Source: Fimbriimonadaceae bacterium (GTDB lineage: Bacteria; Armatimonadota; Fimbriimonadia; Fimbriimonadales; Fimbriimonadaceae). Taken from it: a stretch of 64,000 bases of DNA. The stretch's first letter is position 1; every line of letters starts with the position of its first letter. Of this stretch, positions 9,818-19,613 are shown one piece after another. The DNA is taken from contig DASXZH010000075.1 in NCBI GenBank assembly GCA_036502005.1, positions 10,381 through 74,380 of the forward strand. The letters run 5' to 3'. The notes beneath the pieces were generated by a model. That model did not search any database. It saw only the letters and a program-made list of their open reading frames with translations, and was not told the DNA's origin. The position numbers and the translations under genes were made by a program.

Positions 9818-10813
9818 CTACATTCCGACTTTAACTCGGAAATTCATCAACTTGCCGCTACGCAGGATCGAGATGTGGATATCCGTGCCCACTGGTTGGG
9901 CGAGCATCGTTCGACCAAAATCGACCTGGCTCTTTATCACGGTCCCTTCAATGTTGATGATAATGTCGCCCTCTTTAATGCCGGCATGGCCGGCCGGGGA
10001 ATCATCAAGAACCGCATCCACCAAGGCTCCGGGGCGTTTCGCATCGCGGCACCACACACCTATCGCCGGACGTAAAACTTCGTGTTTTGGGCTCATAAGG
10101 CCCTTTATCACCCGATCTAACACGTTCGGGCCGGGTGAATAAGCCACGGTGAGGCCACCGGGACCGTAGGCCCTTCCACCGCCAAAACCTTGGCTGCGAG
10201 AAGGACCGCTGAAGTTCCACGATATCTTTGGGCCGGTAGGAACTGTCGACAACGTTGCTTGTAAAACCCCCACAAGACGGCCATCCGTGGAGAAAATAGG
10301 CGAACCCGCCATACCGGTGGGTGGCGCTTCAAAGTGGATCTCGCTGAGGGTTGAGATCGACCTTTGAGATCGCAGTAAGGCAAGCGCGCGAGTGTTTACC
10401 AACTCTGCCATGATCGGCCCGGCAGGCAGGCCAGCTACCACGCTCTTCGGATGGTCAGGGTCGATCTTTTCTTCGCCCTGCTGAAAAATTGCTACAACCG
10501 GCCGGTCGGCGACTGGATCGTTAGTTTTCAAAAGAGCCAGTTGCGTTGGGGCATCAACCGCAACTAAGACCAGGGTGATATGGCGTCCGTCAAAGAATTC
10601 GCCATCCACGGTTTGCTCTCCGCCAAGCACGGAGTTGCCCGTGATGAAATAGCCTTGCGCATCAATGAGTGCGGCCGTTCCCCTTCGGATCGGGCCGCGT
10701 TCGATAATGACAACGGAGTGCTGGATCTTCGACCAGGCCGCGTTCAAAGCGGGATCGGCGATCTTGGCGGTGCCACCCTGGATCAGTATTAGGCTAGCCG
10801 CCAACCACAACAT
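9818..10813 (-). CDS. HtrA/DegS-like trypsin-fold protein with C-terminal PDZ domain, catalytic triad apparently substituted
   Basis: Hand alignment to DegP: GYFITGNSVL vs GYVVTNNHVV (His to Ser), TQLALLK vs SDIALIQ (Asp to Gln), GMAGSPIF vs GNSGGALV (Ser to Ala). A PDZ-like segment PAGHAGIKEGDIIINIEG is present. N-terminal signal-like helix. Confidence 0.65.
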   Translation of the reverse strand: MLWLAASLILIQGGTAKIADPALNAAWSKIQHSVVIIERGPIRRGTAALIDAQGYFITGNSVLGGEQTVDGEFFDGRHITLVLVAVDAPTQLALLKTNDPVADRPVVAIFQQGEEKIDPDHPKSVVAGLPAGPIMAELVNTRALALLRSQRSISTLSEIHFEAPPTGMAGSPIFSTDGRLVGVLQATLSTVPTGPKISWNFSGPSRSQGFGGGRAYGPGGLTVAYSPGPNVLDRVIKGLMSPKHEVLRPAIGVWCRDAKRPGALVDAVLDDSPAGHAGIKEGDIIINIEGTVIKSQVDFGRTMLAQPVGTDIHISILRSGKLMNFRVKVGM

Positions 10814-11591
10814 TTGAGGTGGGATCTACCTCCGTAGCTTGCTGGGCACCCGTGCTGTTATCCTCCGCGTCATGAACCACGATGATCTTCTGGGGGTCGT
10901 TCATCGCAGCAGCAGAAGTATCATCTGCGGGCGGCGCGGCGGTTAAATCGGTGGGTGCCTGCGAAGCAGGCTGATTGGCTGGCGCGGCTTCCGTCTGCGG
11001 GATGACAGCATCTCCGGCTTGACCCGCGCTATTGAGCGCCACCATTGAGCTGTTTAGCTCGGCAGGCACATACTCGCGTTTGCGCTTCTCCGGCTGCTTT
11101 AGGGCCGGCTTGGCATCATCGCCATTATTGTCCGAGCCATACGAATAAGTGGAACGGACAGCATGGTTCAGATTGGTGAGCTCCGTTTCAGGATGGAAAG
11201 CGCTCTCTTGCGACGGAAGCGTTTCAAACGCAACTGTTGTTTCCGGAGCGGGAGTTTGAACTCGCGAAACCGTTTGCGCAGAGGGGTTGCGTGGAAGCAA
11301 AAAGAATAAGGAAGCGGCAGCGGCCAAGGCAGGAACCAGGCTCCAAGCCCAGTAGTTGCGCTTTTGCTTTAGACCACCCCGAAGAATGGCTTCACGAAGG
11401 CGTTCCGTACTGATCTGATGATCAGGAATATCGTTCAAAAGGGGTAAATCAGCTTTCAACCTCTTGAACTGGGAAAGGGTTTGGGCAGCAGCAGGATTGG
11501 AGTTGTACTGTTCCTGGAGGCGGCCAGCCTCGGAATCCGGAATCTCTCCGAATGCCAAATCGATTATTCTGTCTTCGTCACGGCGTTTCAT
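10794..11591 (-). CDS. putative anti-sigma factor (single-pass membrane protein)
   Basis: ATG 11591 overlaps the sigma-factor stop (ATGA). Helical N-terminal ~80 aa, one TM (WAWSLVPALAAAASLFFLL), then a Pro/Ala/Thr-rich extracytoplasmic tail. No zinc-binding anti-sigma motif seen, so the call rests on position and topology. Confidence 0.55.
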   Translation of the reverse strand: MKRRDEDRIIDLAFGEIPDSEAGRLQEQYNSNPAAAQTLSQFKRLKADLPLLNDIPDHQISTERLREAILRGGLKQKRNYWAWSLVPALAAAASLFFLLPRNPSAQTVSRVQTPAPETTVAFETLPSQESAFHPETELTNLNHAVRSTYSYGSDNNGDDAKPALKQPEKRKREYVPAELNSSMVALNSAGQAGDAVIPQTEAAPANQPASQAPTDLTAAPPADDTSAAAMNDPQKIIVVHDAEDNSTGAQQATEVDPTSNVVVGG

Positions 11592-12244
11592 ATCTTTTCT
11601 TCTTCGCCTAATAGCGGCGCAATTCGATCTCTCAACGCCCTCCTGGCTCTCAAAACTCTTAACTTCGCTCCGCCAACCGTACATCCTAGAATTTCGGCTA
11701 TTTCTGAATATTCCTTCTCCTCCAAGTCTCGAAGGATGATCACCGTTCGGTGGTGGGCAGGCATCGCGTTCAATGCTTTTCGTAAAGCCCCCGCTCTCAT
11801 ATCTTGGGAAAGGTTCTCTACCGGGTCGTCCACGTCACCCTGCGTCATCCACAGGAGCGAGCCGGTCGCTTCTTGCTGCTCCAGCGTTTGGCGCCTGGTC
11901 GACATGCGCGCCATATCCGTACACAGGTTCGTCACGATGCGCAAAAGCCAGGTGGTGAACTTGGCTTCGTCTCTATATTTGCCAAGATTTTGATAGGCTC
12001 TAACAAAGGCCTCTTGCACGATATCTTCTGCATCATCTCGTTTGGATGCCATCTGGTAGGCAAATCTGTAAACCAACTGTCGATGCCTTTCAAACAGGAT
12101 CTCGAAAGCGGTGAAATCCCCTTCGCGCGCCCTTTTAACGAGAGCTATATCACTATCGATATCGAGAGCGACCGATGAACCGTGAACGAGTGTTGCAGTA
12201 GTCATATTCGGGTTATCCGTAACCGATGTTTGCTTTCCACTCAT
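11588..12244 (-). CDS. ECF-type RNA polymerase sigma-70 family factor
   Basis: Region 2 (DAEDIVQEAFVRAYQNLGKYRDEAKFTTWLLRIVTN) and region 4 HTH (YSEIAEILGCTVGGAKLRVLRARRALRD). Confidence 0.9.
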   Translation of the reverse strand: MSGKQTSVTDNPNMTTATLVHGSSVALDIDSDIALVKRAREGDFTAFEILFERHRQLVYRFAYQMASKRDDAEDIVQEAFVRAYQNLGKYRDEAKFTTWLLRIVTNLCTDMARMSTRRQTLEQQEATGSLLWMTQGDVDDPVENLSQDMRAGALRKALNAMPAHHRTVIILRDLEEKEYSEIAEILGCTVGGAKLRVLRARRALRDRIAPLLGEEEKI

Positions 12245-12307
12245 CTGACGCTGTTATATCCCTATAGTTTCTAACTGAATCTTAGAATCCTTTCAGCTTA
12301 GGCAGCT

Positions 12308-12343
12308 AAAAAACCGATGTCAAGTTAATTTACTTGCCATCGG
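12308..12343 (-). terminator. intrinsic terminator after the first propeller-PA14 paralogue
   Basis: Minus strand reads CCGATGGCAAGT-AAATTA-ACTTGACATCGG (11 of 12 bp paired), followed by TTTTTT. Confidence 0.6.
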
Positions 12344-12366
12344 CCAATTTAGTCTTAGGAAAACCC

Positions 12367-14688
12367 CTAGTTCGGAGATAACTGGGTTTTGGGAACGATA
12401 ACCAGCTGGGTTCCTAGAGTTTGCCAAGACAGTTGTAATAACGAACCCTGTTGATCAACGAAGAAATCGATCTTTATAGGGTATTTGTGACCAGCGACTA
12501 GGTCGTAGCGGCCGCTAGAGTAATTGGCGAAAATATCAATCCAACCATTAATCACTTCCCTCCCGTTTAGCCACAGCCGTACGCCGCCGTAGTTCTCCAC
12601 ATAGAGGTTATACGGGCCAGAAAATTGAGGGGTGATATAGCCTGTCCACTCCGCAGACCAGTTTGTGCTAGCCACTCCACTAGCCGGCGATCCACTACCC
12701 CAGTTGAAGTTAATGGTCGGGTCAAGCCTGGCAAGCGTCGGGGTACCGGATGGAGTCTGGGTTCCGTTGAAATATTTACCGGTAAGACCGGTTCCGGCAG
12801 AAACCAGTGGTGGAAATGAATAGTAATAATAGTTTGTGGCACTCGGTTTATAATTCCCAAAAACCGCCCTTAAAACTAGAGTTGCGTTAGAACTGATTGT
12901 GATGGGGCCCGAATAACGGTTAGAGTAAGTGTTCGGCACTGTGCCATCGAGCGTATAGTAAATCCTCGCTCCTGCAGTTAGATCGCTAAGCGTTACTTGG
13001 AATGAGCTAGAAAATTTGCCGCTTGCCACGTTGGAAGTTGGTAAAGCGGTTGCTAGGCCATAGACTCCCAATGTGCCGTTTGCGGCAGCATAGACTTTTC
13101 CATTTGCAACCGTAGGAGTAACAAATTTTACGGCGGGCCCATATACAGATGGGCCCTGCACGTTTGGACTGCGATATAGCATTTTGAGCGTCGATGCATC
13201 GTAAGCGTAAAGATATTCTTGTCCGTCACTCGTATACGAGGCAGTATCAATCGCCCACACGATCCCGTTCGCTGTTCCATTGGATGAAACTGAAGGCGTA
13301 GTCCCAAAAATGTTGAACTTATTGGCAGAGCTTGCAATGGCTGGAGTGGATATGGCGCCGCTAGATATTCCAAAAGACTGCAAGGAGCCGTTACTGCCGC
13401 CGACGTAGATGTGCCCGTTAAAGTAAGCCATCGCTCCCCAGACGCCTCTGTTCGCGTTATCGACTTCCTGAGCCACCGCATCCGTCGAGTTGTACCCGCC
13501 CAGGTCGGTGACATCACATAAATAAATTGTTCCCGATTTACCTTCTTGAACAAGAAGCTTAGGGTGCGCCTTACTGCCCACGCTGGGCGGCAGCAGCATG
13601 ACGCCTCCAGATCCTTGATCTGTATCGGTATCGTCCAAGCTAAGCTGGGCGTTCGGCGTAAAGGAGTCAGCGACTGCAAACGGCAAAGTCATTCTTAGAA
13701 TCGAGTCACCCCAAGCCGCCGTCGATGGGTCGAAAGCGCCGTTACCGGTCGCAAAATAGAGGCTAGTTCCATCGCTCGCTGGTCCCGCCCCGCTCATCCA
13801 TATTCCTCCTGCCGCAAGGCCGCCATTTGGATCGCTGGTTGCGTTTGGGGTCGTATTGAAAACTCCCTCCTGAGCGAGAGTGCTCGCGTTATAAGCCATT
13901 AGCCAGCCGTGATACGGGTAGGCATCGCCGTGCGAAGCCCAAGCAATGACGAGTGTCTTTGGAGCATTCGCATTGGGTCCAGGAATTAGTAACAAGGCAG
14001 GCCGCTGAGCTTGCCAAAGCGGGTTAAAAGGCACATTGCCATTCCCGTCGCTGCCATCGCCTGTGCCGTTTACGGTCGATGCAATGTTCACGGGACCCGG
14101 AGACGTAGCTCCCGGGGGCGTAATTGCTTCACTGCCAGTGGTTATATCTAAGGCGTGCAGATCCTGGCCGCATGACACATTGTTGCCAGCCTTTGACACT
14201 AAATAGATGATGCCTTTCCCATTTGTCTCATCGATAACGGGCGTTCCAGTGATGCCGACAACGGGACCCACGTCAAAGTAAGGGGGAAAGATGTCCGAGG
14301 CGGGAATGCCAGGATCTAAGTTTACGGACCACAGTGGCAATCCGGCTTGATCGGCGTCGAAGGCATAAACCGAGTTATTTTCTGTCGCCACGTAAACGAC
14401 GTTGTGCACCGTACCGTTAATTGTGACGCCGGGAACGTAAAGAGGCTGAGCGAAAATCTCACCATCCACCGAATCGTCAAACAGCAAGCCAAATGAAGCC
14501 GCATTAACATTAGAAGGCGTCAGAATCCTCTCGTTCGGGTTAAGTCCGACGCGATTATTGTCGTTATGCCAGGTAGTCACGGCAGTTTGGGCCGAAGCTG
14601 CCGCAGTTAAACAGGCGAGGACGAAAGCGACGAAGTGCTGCTTAACGTTAACCAGCCGCAGACTTGGGAATTGATTGTTTGCAAGCAT
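12367..14688 (-). CDS. secreted beta-propeller (PQQ-like repeat) protein with chitobiase/hexosaminidase-C-like and PA14 C-terminal domains
   Basis: 773 aa with a signal peptide. TTWHNDNNRVGLN...AQPLYVPGVTINGTVHNVVYVATENNSVYAFDAD is propeller-type. ARIYYTLDGTVPNTYSNRYSGPITISSNATL is the CHB_HEX_C-type module. GLTGKYFNG...NWSAEWTGYITPQFSGPYNLYVENYGGVRLWLNG is PA14. Confidence 0.75.
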   Translation of the reverse strand: MLANNQFPSLRLVNVKQHFVAFVLACLTAAASAQTAVTTWHNDNNRVGLNPNERILTPSNVNAASFGLLFDDSVDGEIFAQPLYVPGVTINGTVHNVVYVATENNSVYAFDADQAGLPLWSVNLDPGIPASDIFPPYFDVGPVVGITGTPVIDETNGKGIIYLVSKAGNNVSCGQDLHALDITTGSEAITPPGATSPGPVNIASTVNGTGDGSDGNGNVPFNPLWQAQRPALLLIPGPNANAPKTLVIAWASHGDAYPYHGWLMAYNASTLAQEGVFNTTPNATSDPNGGLAAGGIWMSGAGPASDGTSLYFATGNGAFDPSTAAWGDSILRMTLPFAVADSFTPNAQLSLDDTDTDQGSGGVMLLPPSVGSKAHPKLLVQEGKSGTIYLCDVTDLGGYNSTDAVAQEVDNANRGVWGAMAYFNGHIYVGGSNGSLQSFGISSGAISTPAIASSANKFNIFGTTPSVSSNGTANGIVWAIDTASYTSDGQEYLYAYDASTLKMLYRSPNVQGPSVYGPAVKFVTPTVANGKVYAAANGTLGVYGLATALPTSNVASGKFSSSFQVTLSDLTAGARIYYTLDGTVPNTYSNRYSGPITISSNATLVLRAVFGNYKPSATNYYYYSFPPLVSAGTGLTGKYFNGTQTPSGTPTLARLDPTINFNWGSGSPASGVASTNWSAEWTGYITPQFSGPYNLYVENYGGVRLWLNGREVINGWIDIFANYSSGRYDLVAGHKYPIKIDFFVDQQGSLLQLSWQTLGTQLVIVPKTQLSPN

Positions 14689-14835
14689 ATATATCCTAGC
14701 GGATTCGCAGCCTTTCAGCTAACTATTAAGACTGGAGGGAATAGGCGAATACACTAAGAATATAGGTCTGATCACGCAAAGATGCTGACGACAAAGTTCT
14801 AACTTGTCATCAGCAATGTTGCGTCCGGCATCTCC

Positions 14836-17208
14836 CTAGTTCGGAGATAGCTGGGTCGACGGCACCGTCACCAGTTGCGTCCCCAATGTTTGCCACTGAA
14901 GTTGGCAAAGGGATCCGCCCTGATTCTGGTAGTAGTCGATCTTAATCGGATACTTGTGGCCGGCGATCAAGTTGTACCGTCCACTTGAATAACCGGTCGG
15001 GGCCTGATCAACCCAGCCGTTGATGACTTCTCGTCCATTAAGCCAGAGTCTTATTCCATCGTCGCCAATTAAGTAAATATTATACGGGCCCGTGAACTGT
15101 GGCGTGATAAAGCCATTCCATTCTGCAGACCAGTTCGTTGTACCAATGCCTGCCCCTGGCGATGCGCCTGCCCAGTTGAAGTTGATGGTTGGATCAAGCC
15201 TCGTGAGAGTTACGGTTCCCGCTGGTGTCATCGTGCCGTTGTAGTATTTGCCGGTAAGGCCTGTGCCGCCAGAAACCACCGGCGGGAAGGAATAGAAATA
15301 ATAGTCAGCCGAGCTTGGCCCATAGCCAGTAGCGACCGCTTTTACCACCAATGTCGCATTGGCTGAGATTGTGAACGGAGTCGAATAACGGGCAGAGTAG
15401 GTATTCGGAATCGTACCGTCCAGAGTGTAATAAATCCTCGCCCCAGGGGTCGCATCGTGGAGAGTTACCTGGAAGGAGCTCGAGAAACTGCCGGTCGCCA
15501 CGTTGGATGTTGGGTTCGCCGTAAAGGATTCCAACCCAAAAACACCGATGGTGCTTCCTGAACCCACGTATACTTTTCCATTTGAAACTATCGGTGTGAT
15601 GAACTTAACCGACGAGCCAAAGTTGTCTCGCCCTTGAAGGCTTGCGCTACTGTAGAGGGTGTTCAACGTGGTTGCATCGTACGCGTAGAGATACTCTGGC
15701 CCCTTGCTGCCGAACAGGCTAGAATCCACCGCCCAGACAATGCCATTCGATGTCCCGTTAGAGGATATTGAGGGGGTGGGTGCTGGCCAGCTAAAGCCCT
15801 GGCTTGCAGCGGTCACCGGTGTGGAAGTTAAAATACCTTCCGATATTCCGAACGCGGATATCGCGTGACCGGGACTACCGATATAAACGTTACCGTTATA
15901 GTAAGCCATCCCACCCCAGACGCCGCCATTAGCTCCATCGACTTCTTGAACCATGGCGTCCGTTGGGTTATAACCGCCCAGTCCCGTGACATCGCATAAA
16001 TAGATGGTGCCCGACTTCCCTTCTTGAACCAACAGATTGGGATGCGCAGTACTGCCTACGCTTGGAGGAAGTAAGATCAGCCCTCCCGAGCCTTGATCCG
16101 TGTCGCCATCGTCCAAGCTAAGCTGGTCATTCGGCGTAAAGGAGCTTGTCACGGTAAAAGGCAGGGACATTTTTAAAATCGAGTCGCCCCATGCCGCTGT
16201 GCTTGGATCAAACGTGCCGTTGCCCGTTGCGAAATAGATGCTTGTTCCGTCGCTAGCGATGCCAGACCCGCTCATCCAAACGCCGCCGGCTGCGATTGGG
16301 TATCCGCTTGGATCATTAAGTGCGTTGGGGGTTGTATTGAAAACGCTCATTTGTGCAAGCGAACTAGCGTTATAAGCCATCAGCCAGCCATGATAAGGAT
16401 TGGCATCTCCATGGGATGCCCATGCAATCACGAGGGTCTTTGCGAGAGTCGCCTTACGAATGGGCAAAAGGAGCAAAGCGGGCCGCTGGAACTGCCAGAG
16501 AGGGTTGAAGGGTACGTTCCCATTCCCGTCTGTGCCCTCGCCAGTTCCTGCCACCGTTGCCGTGATGAGCACTGGCCCGGGGCTTGAAGCACCGTTCGGA
16601 GTAATGGCTTCGTTTCCAGTCGTGATATCAAGAGCGTGAATCCGCTGAACGTAAACGTAGTTGTTGCTCCCGCTTGCTTCCTTCGTTTTTGCCACGAAAT
16701 AAATGATTCCTTTGCCATTAGTCTCGTCAATAACTGGGGTTCCTGTAATGCCTATTTCTGGAACCACGTCGGTGTAACCGTTAAAAGCATCGTTACTTGG
16801 CACGGATGGGCCCTCGTTTACGTGCCAAAGAGGTGTGCCCGCAGTGTCGGCATCGAAGGCATAGATCGAGTTGTGCTCGGTGACCACATAGACCACGTTG
16901 TGCACCTTGCCGTTAATGGTGACTCCAGGCACATACAGCGGCTGGGCATACACCTGGCCATCCACTGCGTCGGCGAAAAGCAAGCCGAACGTGGTCGGCG
17001 AAACGTTCGCTGGTGTCAGCTTCGTTTCAGTCGAGTTCAGGCCAGTGCGGCTATTGTCGTAGTGCCAGGTTGTGACCGGCGTTTGAGCAGTGGCAAAAGC
17101 GGCAAGAAAGATCGCTGACAAAACCGTCAATTTTTTTTTGCGGTTAAGCAATAACGCTTTGGAAATTCGTTTGGGGAAAAGCATAGACGTCCACTCCGAG
17201 TCTCTCAC
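14836..17208 (-). CDS. paralogue of 12367-14688 (propeller + CHB_HEX_C-like + PA14)
   Basis: 790 aa, collinear with its neighbour and roughly 70% identical by eye over the full length. Same three-domain order. The start may instead be the internal ATG at 17184. Confidence 0.75.
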   Translation of the reverse strand: MRDSEWTSMLFPKRISKALLLNRKKKLTVLSAIFLAAFATAQTPVTTWHYDNSRTGLNSTETKLTPANVSPTTFGLLFADAVDGQVYAQPLYVPGVTINGKVHNVVYVVTEHNSIYAFDADTAGTPLWHVNEGPSVPSNDAFNGYTDVVPEIGITGTPVIDETNGKGIIYFVAKTKEASGSNNYVYVQRIHALDITTGNEAITPNGASSPGPVLITATVAGTGEGTDGNGNVPFNPLWQFQRPALLLLPIRKATLAKTLVIAWASHGDANPYHGWLMAYNASSLAQMSVFNTTPNALNDPSGYPIAAGGVWMSGSGIASDGTSIYFATGNGTFDPSTAAWGDSILKMSLPFTVTSSFTPNDQLSLDDGDTDQGSGGLILLPPSVGSTAHPNLLVQEGKSGTIYLCDVTGLGGYNPTDAMVQEVDGANGGVWGGMAYYNGNVYIGSPGHAISAFGISEGILTSTPVTAASQGFSWPAPTPSISSNGTSNGIVWAVDSSLFGSKGPEYLYAYDATTLNTLYSSASLQGRDNFGSSVKFITPIVSNGKVYVGSGSTIGVFGLESFTANPTSNVATGSFSSSFQVTLHDATPGARIYYTLDGTIPNTYSARYSTPFTISANATLVVKAVATGYGPSSADYYFYSFPPVVSGGTGLTGKYYNGTMTPAGTVTLTRLDPTINFNWAGASPGAGIGTTNWSAEWNGFITPQFTGPYNIYLIGDDGIRLWLNGREVINGWVDQAPTGYSSGRYNLIAGHKYPIKIDYYQNQGGSLCQLQWQTLGTQLVTVPSTQLSPN

Positions 17209-17277
17209 AGTTTAGTTAATTTCGCACCAAAATTTGCGAGTTATTTTAAGAGGCGGCACAAAGCGTAAAATGCGCAA

Positions 17278-18378
17278 ATGCCGACAGTTGGCCAGATTCT
17301 TGGCACCTTGGAAGAGATTGCTCCCGCCCGCTTCGCCTTTGAGTTCGACAAAGTTGGATTACAAATCGGGGATCGTGGCCGCGAAGTCACCAAAGCGGTG
17401 GTTTCGCTGGACCGTTCCCTTTCCGCGATTCGCTTCGCAAAGTCGTTGGGCGCGCAATTGCTGCTTTCGCATCACCCCCTGATTTGGGATCCGCTTACTT
17501 CGCTTACCGGCCGAGACATTGCAGAGCTGGGCGCGGCGGAATTGATCAGGAGCGATATGGCTTTCATTGCCGCCCACACAAACTGGGACTGCGCCCAAGG
17601 CGGTATCAACGATACGCTCGCCGGACTCCTCGATCTAAAAGATATTCGCAGCATTGGCAGCGCCGCTCCCGTTCAGCAATTGAAACTTGTTGTCTTTTGC
17701 CCCCTGGAAGACTGCGAACGGGTCATCGACGCAGCTTCGACAGCCGGCGCGGGGGTGATTGGCTGCTATTCTCGTTGCGCTTTCAGGAGCAAGGGCACGG
17801 GCACATTCGTCGGTTCGGAAGCCTCAAATCCCAGCATCGGAAAAGCTGGACAGCAAGAGGAGGTTGAGGAACTTCGGATCGAAATGGTTTTGCCAACGGT
17901 CAAGCGGCCGCAGGTGGAAGCCGCCATAAGAAAGCACCACCCCTACGAAGAGCCTGCTATCGATTTCTATTCCCTTGCCCCGTTAAGCGAGCAGCCGATT
18001 TGCCGAATAGGAGACCTGCCAAATAGAGTGAGCCTTACTGATTTCGCCGCCTCTGTAGATAAGAACCTGGCTACCCGCTGTTGGACCTTTGGGGACCCAA
18101 GCAAACCGATTTCGAAAGTTGCCATCTGCGGTGGGGCTGCAGACGATGAATGGATCCACGCGAAATCCAGCGGCGCCGACGTCTTCGTTACCGGCGAGGT
18201 AAAGCAACACGTTGGAATGGAAGCGGCAGAACGCAGCTTTGCCATTATCGCGGCTGGCCACTACGCAACTGAACACCCTGGATGCGTGGCTTTAGCGGCA
18301 CGAATGCGCGAAAGCGTGCCGGAAGTGGAATGGCAAGTGTTTACACCGGAGCCTGGCGCAGCTGGTCGGCCTTTCTAA
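17278..18378 (+). CDS. Nif3-like dinuclear metal centre protein (GTP cyclohydrolase I type 2 homologue family)
   Basis: Family-typical N-terminus (FEFDKVGLQIGD, VVSLD, LLLSHHPLIW) and C-terminal half (ICGGAADDEW...VFVTGEVKQH), with an inserted PII-like middle domain. 366 aa. Confidence 0.8.
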   Translation: MPTVGQILGTLEEIAPARFAFEFDKVGLQIGDRGREVTKAVVSLDRSLSAIRFAKSLGAQLLLSHHPLIWDPLTSLTGRDIAELGAAELIRSDMAFIAAHTNWDCAQGGINDTLAGLLDLKDIRSIGSAAPVQQLKLVVFCPLEDCERVIDAASTAGAGVIGCYSRCAFRSKGTGTFVGSEASNPSIGKAGQQEEVEELRIEMVLPTVKRPQVEAAIRKHHPYEEPAIDFYSLAPLSEQPICRIGDLPNRVSLTDFAASVDKNLATRCWTFGDPSKPISKVAICGGAADDEWIHAKSSGADVFVTGEVKQHVGMEAAERSFAIIAAGHYATEHPGCVALAARMRESVPEVEWQVFTPEPGAAGRPF

Positions 18379-18386
18379 AAATCTTG

Positions 18387-18462
18387 TGGTAGCCCGGACG
18401 GGTCTCGAACCCGCGACCTCCGCCGTGAAAGGGCGGCATCCTAACCACTAGACGACCGGGCC
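18387..18462 (-). tRNA. tRNA-Glu (anticodon UUC), CCA encoded
   Basis: Minus strand reads GGCCCGGTCGTCTAGTGGTTAGGATGCCGCCCTTTCACGGCGGAGGTCGCGGGTTCGAGACCCGTCCGGGCTACCA. It folds by hand as a cloverleaf: 7-bp acceptor stem (G1-U72 wobble), U8, anticodon stem CCGCC/GGCGG with loop CTTTCAC, and T-loop TTCGAGA. Confidence 0.9.
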
Positions 18463-18518
18463 AAAGTGAACTGTAGAGTTTGACTTAATTGTGGCCCAAT
18501 ACTCAAGCCCTGTGCCAA

Positions 18519-18737
18519 CTACGCTGCTTCATCTTCTTCGTGAATGCGAACACTCTTCGCACTTTCCGAAGCAGAAAAATCCCAGTTGTCGCAATCAAGG
18601 CGTTTGCAATAGATCATGCGCTTCATAGAACCGTCCTCGCTTTCCACATCTGCCATGTGCGCAAAACGACATTCGAAACACAATTCCGGCTCCAGAAGCC
18701 GCACGATTTTTAGTTGTCTTCGTGCCAATCCATGCAC
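18519..18737 (-). CDS. small Cys-containing hypothetical protein
   Basis: 72-aa ORF with CFEC...C(x5)C spacing (LCFECRF...YCKRLDCDNW) and an acidic tail. Start uncertain. No other support. Confidence 0.3.
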   Translation of the reverse strand: MHGLARRQLKIVRLLEPELCFECRFAHMADVESEDGSMKRMIYCKRLDCDNWDFSASESAKSVRIHEEDEAA

Positions 18738-18835
18738 CTCGTCGCCAATCCTCCGATGACACCCTTCGCCGAAACGAGAATATAACTGGTAAGAGTTTCC
18801 TTGGCTTAACTGAATCTTCGGGACTCCTGCTGTCC

Positions 18836-19450
18836 CTACCAGCCGCTAGAATTACGGGGTTCCTGTTGTTTACTCCAGATAGTTTTTTGCCCCAGTGCCA
18901 CCCCTAGTAGTGCCATGTACTCTTCATCACTCACCTCGTAAGCGCCTAAAGATTTCAAATGGGGATTCATGATCTGAGCATCAAAAATGGTAAAGCCTAG
19001 TTCTCGGCAGCGGTTTACAAGCGCCCAAAGGGCTAGCTTGGAAGCATCTGTCTTGCGATGAAACATCGATTCGGCGCAGAAACAGGACCCCAGCGCGACT
19101 CCATAAACGCCACCCGCCAGTTCGCCGTTCATCCATACGGCGGCGCAATGGCCCCATCCCTCTCTAAAGACTTCCCCGTAAGCGCGGAAAAAATGCTCGC
19201 TTAGCCAGTTATCCCCTGGTCTCACACAGGCCCTTATCACTTCATCGAAGTCAAGGTCGAACCTGACTTCAAAATCCGCCCTTCTAATTCGCTTTTCCAA
19301 AGATTTGGAGACGTGCACCCCGGAGTTGGGAAACAAAGCCCGACGCACAGGCCGAAACCAGTCGATCTCGCCATCTTCCATTGTCATCGGAAAGGCGCCC
19401 TGTTCGTAGCCATATCGGATCAACCAGGGAGTTAGCTCCTCGCCGCGCAT
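18836..19450 (-). CDS. aat: leucyl/phenylalanyl-tRNA--protein transferase
   Basis: YEQGAFPM, DWFRPVRRALFP, HVSKSLEKRIRR, GGVYGVALGSCFCAESMFHRKTDASKLAL: full-length match to the Aat family pattern. Confidence 0.9.
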   Translation of the reverse strand: MRGEELTPWLIRYGYEQGAFPMTMEDGEIDWFRPVRRALFPNSGVHVSKSLEKRIRRADFEVRFDLDFDEVIRACVRPGDNWLSEHFFRAYGEVFREGWGHCAAVWMNGELAGGVYGVALGSCFCAESMFHRKTDASKLALWALVNRCRELGFTIFDAQIMNPHLKSLGAYEVSDEEYMALLGVALGQKTIWSKQQEPRNSSGW

Positions 19451-19613
19451 GAATCTATTGTGCCTGCAAAAAGTTAGTTATACTAAAGGTGGCTAAGAAG
19501 TCAGCCACCGGGTCCGCGGGAAGGGTTTAACCCAGCTTAAGCATTTCTAGGCACGTTTCCAGCCTTTGTGCTTCCTGTACGGCGGACCGCAGGAAAGAGC
19601 ATGGAGGTTATAA

